64,000 nt of DNA from Eutreptiella sp. 'Long Island Sound 2002'. Its lineage: Eukaryota; Protista; Euglenida. The notes under the pieces are model-generated. The model searched no databases, was not told where the DNA came from, and was given only the letters and a program-made list of their open reading frames with translations. The stretch lies in contig OZ038378.1 in assembly GCA_964036045.1 (NCBI GenBank), positions 35,712,001 through 35,776,000 on the forward strand, written 5' to 3'. A program made the position numbers and the translations under genes. Below are positions 26,801-40,369 of this stretch, piece by piece (within the stretch, counting starts at the first letter, position 1; each line of letters begins with the position of its first letter).

Positions 26801-27602
26801 GTCCGGAGACGTGACTTCTCAACTTTCGTCTCGTGGTATCAGGGGGATGAGGGTGTACATTGGCAAGCAGAGCTGGATTGGGTTTAGCCGGAGTGGCTTG
26901 GACTCCGCCCGATTGGGTTGAGTCCGATTGGGTTGGGTTGTGTGGTGATGGGCTGTGTTGTGTTTGGTCGTGTGGTAGTGTGCTGTATGGTGTTGGGTCA
27001 TGTGGTGGTGTGTTGGGTGAGGTTGGGCGGGATTGCGTTGGGTTTGCTGCCCAGTGGGGGGGGGGGGGGGTTCTGTGGCTATTTGTTTTGTTTTGGGGGG
27101 AGGAGGCACGCCCATAACTGATATTCCAAATACACCCCCTCTACCTTTGGAATCCCAAGTGCCCAGGGGATTCAAACTTGCATGACATCCTTCTGCAGTG
27201 ACGCACCACCTCCGCAGAAAGCTAGGAGGGACGAAAATGCGTTGGCATTCCGTGCGGACCTGTTCCCACGAGGAAAAAAAGGTGTCCCCCCACTGAGCGT
27301 GTCCCTACCACGAAAAAACGAATGAATCTCCGGTGCGCTGGGACCAGGACCCGCGCCTCAAAAAAAAAAAAAAGCACCGGCCAACCAGGAACCGGTTCAC
27401 AGATGGGTGGCAGAACGTGTGCCCCATTTTTGTTGGATCGATCTCTGAAAAGCCTGTCATGTGCGCACCTTCGCCCTCAACTCCCGAACATTGGGCAAGA
27501 GAAGCGCTGGAGACCCAAGTATCCCCCTCTCCAAGGAGTATGGCCAACAGCCGGAGACGCAATCAGTGTGTGGTACGCCTGCCCAAGTGGGCCCCAAATG
27601 GC

Positions 27603-27889
27603 CTACGACTCGGCGTGGCTGCTGCAGCTCTGCACATTCAAGTCCTCCGGATGCTCCACCAAGGTCTTGCCGCTGTTGCTTCTCGTGATGCCATTGCTGT
27701 AATTGTCCGAAAGCGGCGGAGCCCCAGAGCAGCCCCGCTCGGAGCAGTGCCCGCTGGGCTCGACCTGGCGGTTGGGGCTGCCAGGGCTGGCGTCCTCGAC
27801 CAAGCCAGGGTCTTGGCCCGCACAGCACGCGTCGGCCGACTCCAACACAGGGCCGTTTAAGTTGAACAGGGCATGCCCCAAGACCAGGC
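27603..27889 (-). CDS. CTR: Ctr/COPT copy 2, last exon
   Basis: Duplicate of 1905-2191. Confidence 0.88.
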
Positions 27890-30800
27890 CTGCACATGCA
27901 AACACATGTGTGTCACCGGACGCTGCAACTTCAGGGGCCAGCAGTGCGAGGCAGCAACCGCCACTCGTACCCCAAATATCCAATGAACAACAGATCCTTA
28001 ATGATGACAAATCCATTTACACCAGCAACAGTAAAGGGAATCAGAAAAAAAAACCAGAAGCGGGCAGAGCACAGCCACGTCACGCTGAGTTGCTTTGGGA
28101 CCCACCCCCCAAACACCACAAAAACTGCGGAATGCGGTGTACAACCGGCAATAATTGCACCTGTGGGATGGTGCGCAACAATGGCAGCAAGGGGAGGGGC
28201 GCAACAAGGGCAAATTGTGGCCACATGAGCGGCACAACATACTAGAATTCACTGCCCGCACCCTATGGTGAGAACGGGGGGGGATGGGCTTTCCGAGGTT
28301 GGAGGCAATGCACCATTGGTGGAGACTTCAAAGGGTCCACAAGTGGGTCTATGTGTCTAGGTGTACATGCACCCAACCGGATCGTACCAGCTGTGACTGA
28401 TTGTGTGAAGCGTGTCACCATAACTACCTACAGATTTTTCCCTCTGTTGTCCACTGTATCTGCACATGTGATTTCCTTTCGGTGAATGGAAACACACTGG
28501 AAGCATACTGAATACACATTCAAAAAAAACCGCATACACATACCCTCCCCCCCGCATGTCCAGCCCTCCCCCCCCAGGGACGACGGTTCCCCCCCACCCC
28601 AGGGGGAACCATCGCCAAGTGATGGTTCCCCCAGATGGACACCACTGGTGACCAACCACTTACCAATGCATACTATGTCGAATTCATGTCAGTTGCTTGC
28701 TGTTGGTTGCTCAAGGTCTAGGATTGATGGTGACATGCATAGATGCTGATGGTGCCATGCACATAATGCAAATAAGCAAAAGTCTCAATGCACTGCATCC
28801 ATTCATCAGTTTTCTGCCTGCCCCTTGTTCTGAACAGGGACAGTGTAGAACTTCCTCTTGCGGTCCCACATAGTCTTGAACAACTGCACATGTTCCCCAT
28901 CAGCGACAGGGATGGACGAACTGGCTGCAGCAGGCTTTGCTGTAGGCTGTCAAGCGTTTGATGGACGCGTGGTCATGCACAACCTTAGTGGCACCACCTT
29001 TGTACACGATGGTTCTGTACTGATCACCATGGGGAGGGGGGCCTTGCACAACAGCCAGCACAGGCTCCTTTGTGGAACGGACATAGCGTACGGTAGCGCC
29101 TCGATGGAACATTTTCAGAGGTCTGAGGAGTAAAATGGGTCTCGACAAAAGAGGTGCACATGAGGTTTGACAACAGGGTCTCACAGTTGCGCAGTTCTAT
29201 GCAATATGACACTGACATGTTTTTTGTTTCAGGGACTAGCCAGTGACCCCCCCCCCCTAGGGGGGATCAGGGGGGGCGACTACCAGCGTCCTGATGCGAC
29301 CCACCCCCAGCTATCTGTCAAAACTAAGGGGGGGGGTCTGGGGGGCAGTTTGGGGGGGGGGGGGGGTCGGTTGGAGGGTGTAGGGGGGGGTGTCAGGCAT
29401 CAGGTGGGGGGTATCTCCCGCAGCCCAGATAGGCTGTTTCCTCGCCGTGTCCTCAGCCCCAGAGGTCGTTGCCTCGAACTACCTTGGGAGCGGGGCAAGA
29501 GGCTTAGGGCAAGACAAAGGCTTGGAGGCAAGCTTGAACGACATTTGCATAGCGCCTCGTCTTGCGATATCTGGCGCTCAAAAGCACTAATGGATTGATG
29601 AAAAGGAAGCATACACTAACAAAAGGGGGCGCCGTTGGCACCATGCCCCCAACCCACTATCTCTCAAAACCCGGGAGGGGGGGGGGCTAGGGGGGTCGCA
29701 TACAAGGACCGGGCCGGGCTGCCCCCCCCCCCCCCCCTGGGGGGATGGACAAAGGGGGGGGGGGGCTGGAGGGCCACAATGATCGGGTGTGGACCCGCCA
29801 CTATCGCTCCAGCCGCGCTTGCCCCCAGCCTTCATTGCTCTCTCAGTTCATCGCATATTCTCGTGGCCATCGGCCCACTTCGCAGTCCATTCATGTCCCT
29901 GTCCCTTCCTCCCTGGCTAGGGTTTGGCATTTGGGCTCTGGGTTCTGGGCTTTATCGCCTGGTCACGTCACACTGGTTTTGAGTCCGGGTCGTGGCGTAC
30001 ATTCCGGGTACCATGTTTGGTCCACCTGTGCGTCGGTTGTGCTCGCTGGCGCTGGCCTCTCCCGGCCACACACCCTATGCTCCACGTGTCTCGAGGGGCA
30101 TGGTGGGCTCACGGTGTGAGAGGTTAAGTGTTTGCCGGTTTGGTTGCTGCCACCAACCTTGGCGAGGTTGTCGGTCCTTAGGGTTGATCAATCCCAGTGG
30201 GGGCTGGAGGGGAGGGGGGGCACATGCTGTTGTTGTTCTTGTTGTTGCTGAGGATGGCATACACGCCGGCCCCGTAGCCCTCCTACTCACATCTCCTCAT
30301 TCCATACATGGTCAAGAGCTGGAGCCGAAGGACCTGCAGAGCAGCTGGAGATATGCATGGCCTGTGGGTAAAAGAAAAAAAAGAAGAAGAAAAAACTTAC
30401 CACGTGGCCCAAGAAATCGAAAACGAAAATAAAATTGAAACGCACACCCAAATGAACTTTGGAAAAAAAAACAGCAGGAAAATATAGCGACCGTTGCTTG
30501 GACCACTGCTCAAGGCACAAAGCACAGGCAGGGCACCAACAACACAACAACAACATTCATTACTGTGCAAGTCAGTCTAGCACACCCTATTTGGGTGCAT
30601 ATGTTCCATCCACTGTCTGATTACCTGATTTAGGCCTCTGGCCCTCTGTGCAATCACTCACAAGGAGTGTGACTACATATGGGGCTATTGCTCTGTGGCA
30701 GCAAAAACACACCCGCCCCACTGCAACAGCAAAAGCAGCCAAAAAAAGTCTGCTGCACCGTAAAATAGAAACGAGGCTCATTGCACTGTAGCAGCAAAAA

Positions 30801-31857
30801 AAAAAAAAGCTGGATGCTCAGCGGCAGCCCTAAAGGCCTGCTGCACTGTGTTATCCGAAAAGGCCTGCACAGTGGCAACAAAGAAAAACCTGCCTCACTG
30901 TGGCAGCACAAAAGGCACCAAGGTCAAGGGAAAGCAGAAACACCTGGACTGTCCAGCATGGGGGACCGGCACTCGGGTCTGGTGCCCCTCTGGCGTACCA
31001 ACATCCGTAGACCTGCGCGCTATATGCTTGCAGAGCTGTGATGGAGGTGGGCGGTGTAGGTCCGCCAGGGCTGCTTGGGGGAGGGCGTTCAGTTATACCT
31101 CTCCCCCCTTGTGCCGTCACGGGGTCCATCTCCCTCGTTTTCTGGCTCCCAAACAGGCACCATTGCTGTGTGGTGGCTGAGGTGTGAGCAGGGGGAAGGG
31201 GGGGGTTTAAAACCTTTTTTTGGGTCGTGGAGGCATTTTTCAATGCACCGTCTCCTGAGCATTTTGAATACACCTGAGCACAAGTTTGGGGGGAACATCC
31301 CGCTCACCGTTCAGCATCCGTGGACAGTGGACATCTTCATCAGCTCGATGGCCCCCATAGGGCTTTGCCGCAGTTGTGCGGGCTGGGCGCGTGTTCCCTG
31401 AAAGCCTGTTGTTCGCCATTGAAGGGCGGGGGGGGGGGGCAGCCCGGCATGTAACGCGCCCCCCCCCCCCAGTGCCCCAGCCCCCCTTTCCCAACATGGG
31501 TGAACACCATGCAAAATGGGTTGGCAAACAAGCCGTACACGCGTCTTTTGAGACGTTTGGCGGTCAAGGTACAACACTTACAGGAAAAGAAAGCAGAAGA
31601 CCCAGTTGCCCAACAGCCGGGTGGAGGTTGCGGTTGTGGGGCATAGGCCCGAAACGGCGGCGCCAGATGGTACTTTGGGCCATAACCGAGAACAGTTGCG
31701 CAGTAACCGATTGCAATTGGGCAGTAACCGACAGCACACTGGACATCAGCGCACGGGCGGGCAAACAATGGCCGGTGGTAATCGACGGCGATTGGGCGGT
31801 AGCTGTGCCAAAAACGACCCTGCTACAAACGCCCTAACCCTGTTTCAGGCCCAGGAC

Positions 31858-32021
31858 CTGTGATCACCATGAGGAACAGCTCCACTTCGTATGTCATGGC
31901 GATCAGCATCAGGAAGTAGCCAAGCGTCAACTGCACCCCGTACAGCAGCAGCTGCATCACAGCCCAGAACAGCCATCTCCGTCTGCTGTGCGTGGGTAGG
32001 CGCTCTTGGTTGATCCAACGC
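31858..32021 (-). CDS. CTR: Ctr/COPT copy 2, TM2-TM3 exon
   Basis: Duplicate of 6160-6323 (MLIAM motif). Confidence 0.92.
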
Positions 32022-34042
32022 CTAAAGTGAGGCGGACTGGGTACGTGGCCGCAACAGTCACCGCCGGTGGACGGGGTAAAGGAGATGGAGGGGCGCAAGC
32101 ACGGGGTGGCAGGCGGACGGCAGCAATGTGCTTGAGGGGAAAGGGGCCCAAACGGGGGCAGGGTATCCTAAATAGGGTACCCCAAAAACGGTATTCAGGA
32201 TTGGTTGCAAAGGCGGTGACCGGCGGTTGGTAAAGCGGCTGAGAGGCAATGTCTGGCGGGTACCAACCGGTTGGAGGGCCGTTGGGGGCGGACAGAAGCG
32301 GTTGGCCAGGATGACCGTTAGGGGGGACCCCCTCCTGTTCAAGCACAAACTTGCTGGACGGACTGAAGGGCCCAAACCCTACCGCTTTCGAGTCACAACA
32401 ACGCATGGAGCAGTGCATGGAGAGCCATGGCCTGTCCGCCAGGTGCCACCAAGTGCGAAGCTTCCTCTCCGCCTGAGTGCTGCCAAGCGCCACGCGATGC
32501 CACATGACAACATACTTCCAAGGGAAGTTGCAAGCTTGACTGCAGATGCACCCAGGAGATCGATGGGTCTGCACCCCGTGCTCGCCCACATCCCGGATAC
32601 CCAGAATACAGAGCCTGGAGGAGGTCTGCCCGGCCAAATACACTCGTAGTCATGGAGGCGTGGTTGCCAAAATGCTTTGTCTTTGTGTGAGTTGTACCTC
32701 CTCCCTGTAAAAGCCACTACCTGTGCAATGTAAGGCCTACAGATCACCTGGTGTGGACGTCCTCCAGTGTGTGACACCATCCCCCCCTCAGACAAGAGGG
32801 AGATATAACCACCAGGATCGATGGTACTGATGTTGTGACCGACTTTGGGCTTTGCGTGGGGCTCCATGCTCCCGCGTTGACTGCTTGTTTTAGCTTGGAA
32901 ATCCTCCCCTGAGCAGCACACCTCTTTTGGGTTTCAACGACAAATTTCTCTGGCCTATTGCGTTCGTTTCTGTCCTCTGGCCCCCATTTTCATCCCCGTT
33001 GTGCCCCAACCTGTGTTTGCTTGGTTGCATTCGCTTCATGCTCTCTTCTGCTTGGGAATGCCCTTGGTCTCTTCCCGGGCATGGTGCGGTGATGCAGTCC
33101 ATGGGTCCCCTAAATCTGCCATCTGTTGCCGGGGTGTCATGTCGTTTGTTTTTTTGGTGCACACTTCCTGCCATTGTTTGGTCTCTGTGGTTGCTTTGGG
33201 AATAGAGGGAGCTTCTATGCCCCCTAGGAGTTTCTTTTCCCCCCCCCACTGTACAATGGGACGGTTTTCCTGCTAGTCAGTCATTGGGTTGTTTTTTCAA
33301 TTTTGTTGACGCTCCTCTTTGAACGGACAGGTGGTCATTTCTCAGGGGGTCATTGGCTGCCCCAAGAACGGGGAGACAGCCCACAGCTGGTCACACTGTG
33401 GTGGCTTGCAATTTGGGCCCACTAGGGGGGGAGGGGGGCTCAATTCCTGGTTTAATCCCGAGCAGTTGCAATTCACACAAATGGGGGGGGGGTGTTCACC
33501 AGAAGCGAAAATAAACGACAGAAGTCAGACTGTGCCCAGACCTGCCACTAGCGCCCACCAGGTTCCTTACTGCGTTCTGCGTGTGACTGGGGCAGGTAAT
33601 ACTGACTTGTGTGCGACATAGGGCTGACTTCCCGCTGACTTCCCGCGAAACTCAGTGGCACTGCTGGGAACAAGTGGCAAATCTGATTGTGCCCCTCTGG
33701 AATCACACCGGGCATCTCTCACAGTGCATTGTGATGAATGCCATGAATATGGCGCAGGATCGTCCAGCATTGTCCAGCTGCAGTCGATGATTGGAGTGAA
33801 TGGGTAATCAAGAGCATGCATGGGGTACTCCTCCTCATTGGCTTAGGTTGCAGGGTCTGGAAGGTCATGAGGGTCTGGAGGGGGCTGGGGGGGAGGGGCA
33901 CCGGTCCTACACGTAGATGTCCCCCATGCCTCCGCCCCTCGCTGCATCCCAGCGGCACATCTCCCTGCAGCCCACCCCATCGGCCCAGCAGAATGCTGCA
34001 CTGGACCGGGCGCACAGCGCAACGACTGCAGGCACACAGGAC

Positions 34043-34187
34043 CTGAGCTTCACAAGACCCTCAACACACAGGCCCATGAGGAACACGCCGCAGCAACCGA
34101 GGGCGAACTTGGGGACGGTATCCAGCACCCATTGCGGGAACAGCAAGGCGACACAGGGATCTCCTGGGTCTCCCACTGACTGGAAGC
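34043..34187 (-). CDS. CTR: Ctr/COPT copy 2, TM1 exon
   Basis: Duplicate of 8345-8489. Confidence 0.85.
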
Positions 34188-36224
34188 CTGTGGGCGCATG
34201 GAACAGAGATGCGATTGGTCAGGACGCTGTTGGGCAGCGCATGGGGCAGTGCATGGAACGGCCATGGCCCATGGGACAAGGTTGTGGGGCAAACACATGT
34301 CTGCAAGGAATTGAAAAAAAACTACATTGCAAAATAGATAAATTGCAAAATAAACTGCATACACGCTGCATACATGCTGCCTAAACATTCACTACACACT
34401 GCATATGCACTGCATTATACTGCTTGGAATTCTTCTCACCCAAATGGACTTGTCATAAAGACAGTCATGTTGAGAGCACAGATTTTGAGGGGCCTCCCCC
34501 TGGTTCTCCCTCTCCTTCCCTGTCAACCGGCCAGCTCCTGGGACAGGTTTACCATGGCCACATTGGTTGGTGTGCGGTGCGGTGTGTAGTGTGACGTGCT
34601 TTGCCAGGAGTAGGGGTGGCGGGCAGGGGCCACCAGGTGCGAAGCTGCCTCTGTGTCCGAATGCAGCCAAGTTCCACGCAATTGGCGTACTAGTGTTGCC
34701 TGGTGGAGTGCATTTTTTTTCTAAGTTGTAGCTTGTGCACCACCACCAGGTGGTATGGAGGGAGGGGGAGAGGGAGGAAGGGGAGGGGCACATGACACAA
34801 TTTTGGCCATGTGGGCGGCACAATCTCCTAGAAATCTATGCCCACAGCCCATTGTGCAAACGGGGGGGGGGGCAGGCAGGGGTTGGCTTTCCGAGATCGG
34901 ATGCAATGCACCATTGGTAGAGACTTCAAAGCGGGGGTATGGGGGACTAGGGGGACTGGGTTTAGGTTGAGGTGTGGCCGTACAATATTGGCATACCCCT
35001 GTGGGCGTACCCGGGAGCTCTCCTCTGATGGATACCCAAGGATTTCTGTGGTCTCCCGCATCGTGATCATCATCCGTCAGATCGTTGTGCCGCATCGGGT
35101 TGGCGATGATGAGCGGACACTACGCAACTTGTCCTTGGTGTCGCGGATCTGGTTGCTAGGGGCACCTGCGCCCCATTCGGTTGTCACCTCATGTTGCGGG
35201 GGGGGGGGGGGGGGCTTTGGGTAGCCCCGGCAGTCCCCTAGCTGGGGTTTTACTGTACTCCTACGGCGCACTTGACGGGGGGCACACGCCGAGGGGCAGA
35301 CGGTGGGCAGGCCCGTGTGAATAAGGCAGGATGCGTGGGAGGAGGTACAAAGTGTTGTGCGCTATGCTGCTTAGAAGGGGTAGGGGGCAAGGGGCTGACC
35401 GGTAGCGTTGCGGAGTGGTGTGCAAAGTGCTTTGCCAAGGTTCACAGGGCAGGGTTAGGACAAGGAGTAACATTAGGGTACACGGTGAGTAGACCCGTGC
35501 TCCTTAGATCCCCCGTAAGCTGACAAGTCCCGTTGTGGTGCGAGGTGCTGTGCGATGTGCTTTGCCATGAGTTTGAATGGGAGGCAAGGACAAGGAGGAA
35601 CCAGCAGGTGGACGGTGAGCAGCCCTGTGCTCCTTAGCTGCCCACGAGGGCTGGCATGTCAGGTTGCAGTGTGAGCAGTTGTGCGCTGTGCTCTGCTAGG
35701 GGATGAAATAGAGGGCAAGGACAAGGAGCATCCACTGGGTAGACGGTGAGCAGACCCCTGCTCCGTAATCGCCCCGGGGGCAATAGGGTGCCAGGAAGGG
35801 TCAAACGGCGGATGAGAGTAGGGATCCGGCCAGGGAAACTTATTAAAGAGTAACATTATATCACTTTCTTTATTCTTTTGAAGCATTAAGTAGATTTTTC
35901 AACTACACTAGGGTAATAACCCTAGCCCCCCATGAAGTTCACCCCTACCACTCAATGGAGCGGAGTTCTCTTCCTTCATGGAGGTATACACCGACAATGA
36001 AATACGGTAGCCGCTTCATGCCTTTTTCTATAAAGGTTAAGCGTAGTGGTCTCCTACCTCAGGACCTATAAATGTGTTTCATATTTCGACTTTTCCGAAA
36101 AGCAGTTGGGAAATGGTGTCTACTTAGCCATTCCCGGCCATCTGTGTGACCACGCCGAGGGACGAGCCACGCCTTGATATCTGGCGGGCCTTGAGCATTT
36201 GACTTCAGTATCGTGGTTTGCACC

Positions 36225-36424
36225 NNNNNNNNNNNNNNNNNNNNNNNNNNNNNNNNNNNNNNNNNNNNNNNNNNNNNNNNNNNNNNNNNNNNNNNNNNNN
36301 NNNNNNNNNNNNNNNNNNNNNNNNNNNNNNNNNNNNNNNNNNNNNNNNNNNNNNNNNNNNNNNNNNNNNNNNNNNNNNNNNNNNNNNNNNNNNNNNNNNN
36401 NNNNNNNNNNNNNNNNNNNNNNNN
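36225..36424. other. Assembly gap (200 N)
   Basis: Run of exactly 200 N, probably a placeholder size. Confidence 0.99.
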
Positions 36425-36489
36425 CTCCCCCCTACCCCCCCCCACTACACCCCCCCCATACCCCCCCCCCCACACCCCCCCCTACCTCC

Positions 36490-37500
36490 AAGGTAGGGGG
36501 GGGGCGACTTCGTGCGATATATGGATCCAGGGAGTCCATGCCGGCACCACGGCGGCCCTCCCCTTTGTGAGGTTCATGAACATCGCCTACCGTGCTTTCG
36601 CAGTGATGCGCTTTCGATTCCCGGCGCTTATGTGGGTGGATGACACGATTGTCCTCATGGAGCGCGGTGATACTTGCCCCATCCAGGGGGTTTTGCTGGA
36701 CCAGCGGACGTACTACCAGGGTATCCTGTGTGTGGATGTCCCTGACCGCAAAGTCTGGCACAGGTCCACCACACACCCCAAGCCGCTACGCTCCCTCACG
36801 CCAGAGGCCGTGGCCCGACATGTGGGCCGCACGTGGGTGACGGATAGCCCAGAGAAGCGGGAGGAGGCGCTGGCCGGTGGCCACAAGTTAACGCCCTCCG
36901 AGGTCTTCAGGTACATGGGGGCCGACATATACCTAATTTGCCGGAGTACGGGCAGCCATTTGGAAACAACTGCGCCCCCTGCGGCTCTCTCCAGACGCGG
37001 CCATGATGGTGCTCGTGGCGAAGCTCCCGAGCAGGCTACTGCCCCTTGCCAACGTCCATCGCCCTACGGCGCGGGTGCACACGGCCGACGATGTCTTGAT
37101 GGTCCGGGGGCACAAGCACACGACAGGCACCTCCCGCCATGCCCACACGGATGCGTTGTAGGGAAGTTGGGAGTTTGCCAGGCCTTACCTAGTCCTCCCA
37201 AACCTGGCAAGTCGCGGTCGTCCAGGAGTGGGTCCGGCAGGGTGCCTAGGCCAAGGAAGCGTTCCGCGTGTCCCAGACCTACACTCTGCGAGTCACCAGG
37301 CACTTCGGGGGGGGGGTACACTTCCACTTGGGGGCGGGGGCCCCCAGCGCCCCCGCGCTCAGCCTGCTTGGGCCGTGCACCAATACCGGGGTGGTACCGG
37401 CCCGGCATCCACATCGGCAGGCCTACCTCGTCCACCACCCGCTGCAACGTTTGGAGGAGGTGGGGGCACCGTGCATGGTGGGTGTAGTCTCCCGGGGTAA
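36490..37500 (+). mobile_element. Decayed non-LTR retrotransposon RT fragment
   Basis: GVHAGTTAALPFVRFMNIAY (domain 4-like), WVDDTIVL (YxDD-like) and FRYMGADI (domain 7). A +1 frameshift continues into a thumb-like LRPLRLSPDAAMMVLVAKLPSRL. Confidence 0.7.
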
Positions 37501-40369
37501 GCAACACCAAGGCATTGTGTCGCGGTCTGTTGACTCCATGGCTTGGACCGGGACTAAGTGCTGCAACTCAGTGGCAAGTAGTGGCAGAGACAAAGTTCGG
37601 TCAACCGGCGCAAGGGCCGAGACAGGAACCGAGTGCTGCGGCTCGGCTACGCACACTGGCTGAGACGAGGTTTGGTCGCTGAGCGCAAGGGCTTGGACCA
37701 AAACCGACTGCTGCGGCTTAGTGGCACGGAAAGTTGGAGTCAAGTAGTTGTGGGGGTGGAGGTTGGGGTTGTCTGAGGTCTGCAACACTTAGGTTGAGAC
37801 CTGAGAACAAAAATCTACAGCTCGATGGCTTTAGTGAGGCAACAACAACTGTAGTGTGCACAACCCCCAATTGAAAGTTGTTTGACTTAACTTTATACTC
37901 AAACGAGATTTGACACACAATTACAACAGAGCCCCTTATGAGATGTATTGTTGTTGGCAATCAAGGCGAGATACACCTTTTCAGGAGCAATGGATTTTTG
38001 TGTCTGCCACTCCGAGGCATGGGCTATATTTGTGGAGGAGATCGTACTTGTCCCAGTGCTCATGGCATGGCACGCTTGCTTTGTTTTGCTTTGCTTTGTG
38101 GGTTTGTTTCTATGCAGAATGGAAAATGATTTGGAAAACACCCTCCTCTCTTCAAAAGCAATGAAAACACATCTCCTGTGCTCTTAACAATGGAAAATCT
38201 GTTGGAAAAGCCCCCCCTGCTTTATTGATCTACAACATGATGTAGGAGAGTGGGCTCTGCCTTGGTTAATATTTTGTGCGAATGTAGGTCCAAGTGCTCA
38301 TTTGTTTGATACAATTTTCAATGTTGCTGTGGTCGCCGGGGACCCCATGACCCTTTTTGTGATTCCGAATTTTTATTGATATAATTTTGACCGGTCATCA
38401 TGCCGACCCTTGGGGCCGCATAGCCAGCTTGCAATCTCAGCCGTGACGTGACAATGTGATTGTCAGCGGAGTATGTTGAAATGTGCTGACCCATTTGTCT
38501 TCGCGTGCTCGTTGTCTTCTTTGCAACCACTTCACGGATGATCCAATTCATCAGTGGACTTTGTGGGGCTGCTTTGGCAATGGTTGGTTTGTGCCCTGCC
38601 ACAGACCCCTGCGCAGGGGCTTTTTCTTTGGCCCTGTTTCGTGTTGTCAGAGCGGTTGAAAAACACGCCATTTTGTGTGTTGTTCCCATCACACACCATA
38701 AACACTAACTACTTAGAGTTGCTTGGCCATGAGCACGCAATGGATGCAGAGCACACAACTCCGGTTTAGGACACACAATGGTACAGAGTTTCAGGCACAT
38801 CACCAACCAACCAACCAACCAATCTCCCAACAAGAGAGCCGCTTTGCCCCGAGTGTTAGGCATCCCGTGTGCCTAGTGCTTCAGGATGTCTCCTCCGATT
38901 TGCTCGACCAATATAGCCCATACCTCTCTGTCGCACTTCACGCAAAACTCCTCACAGGGTGTATTTGACCTTGATTGCCAACAACAATACAACTAACAAG
39001 GGGCTCTGCTTTAGCTGTTTGGGAATTTTCGTTTGAATCTCAATTTCTTTGGAACAGAACTAGCTTGTAGCCTATGCCTTGGCGATGTGCCTGCAACTAT
39101 GTACCATTTCTTGTCCTAGGCGATGCGCATCTCTCCTCGATTCATACAAGCGAATTCATGAATGCACCTTGTGGGGCTGCTCTGTCGATGTGGGGTTTGT
39201 GCCCTACCACAGACCCTAGCAGGGACCTTTTTCTTAGGCCCTATTTCGTGTCAACAGAGCGTTTGGAAAAGACACCGTTTGTATTATCACTGAAGGGGTT
39301 GCAAAGAAGACAACAAGCACCCGAAGATGGTTGGCACATTTCAACATACTGCACCCACAGTCACAGCGCCATAGCCTAGACTGCAAGATGGCTAGGCTAC
39401 CTCAAGGGTCGGCATGATGACAAGTCAAAATTATATTAGTGAAACTCGGATTCACGAAAAGGTCATGGCAACCATGGCGACCACAACCACAATGAAAGTT
39501 GTATCCAACAAATGACCGTTGCAAGGTAAATTGACACAAAACATCAACCATTGCAAAGCCCCTTCTCATGTGTAATGTTGTAGCTCAAAAAGTAGGGCCT
39601 TGGAGGCGGGTCTTTATACATGCTGTACAAGGGTGTACACCCCCTGCGGTGAAATGTAGTAGGATTCGCACCAGGTAAATTGGTCTTGTGAAGCAATTGT
39701 TGGTACGAAATGGGGTGTGTACTCCCTGTGGTGATACGTAGTAGGATTCACACTAGGAAAATTGGTCTGGCGAACGGGTTGTTGGTACGAAACACGGCCT
39801 AAGAAACCGGTCCTTGCAAGGATCTGTGCCCGTGCAAGAACCCAACACCAACAACCCATCTCCACAGGGTGCTTGCACCCACCAAATAACAATCAGTGCA
39901 CAAGATGCAATAAAAGTCGGCTACTAAGGTGGGGGGGGGGGGGTGCTTTTTGGCACGAAGGGGGACCTATCAATCAGTTTGGGGGGAGAGGCGATGTGAT
40001 AAGCGGGGGGGGGGCCAATTTGGAATATGATGAGGGGGGATGTCCCTGAGGGTGTGTATGGGGGGGGGGGGTGCAAGTCATCACCAGAGGGGGGGGGGTT
40101 CAGGTGGGATAGGGGGGGTTGTGCAATGGGAACAGCGGTCCATAAAGGTCCGATGTCTGATGCCTAATAGTCCGTTGGGTTGCTATACACAATCTCGTTG
40201 TCCCCGTGAACCCAATTCCCCTAACAATACACGAAGCCCGGGAATAGTCGTCTTTTGGACCCCCTTCCTCGCGATCAAACCGCATTAAAAAGTGCTCATC
40301 CACATAGACAGACATCCACACACTGTAACTCCAAATCTTGTGGACAGAGCTCAAGCTAAGGAGCACGAG

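Larger units (their letters stand above)
25699..36224 (+). repeat. Copy 2 of the large direct repeat, cut by the assembly gap
   Basis: Starts ATCAGTCTGACG at 25699 (= position 1) and ends GGTTTGCACC at 36224 (= 10526), immediately before the Ns. Confidence 0.97.
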
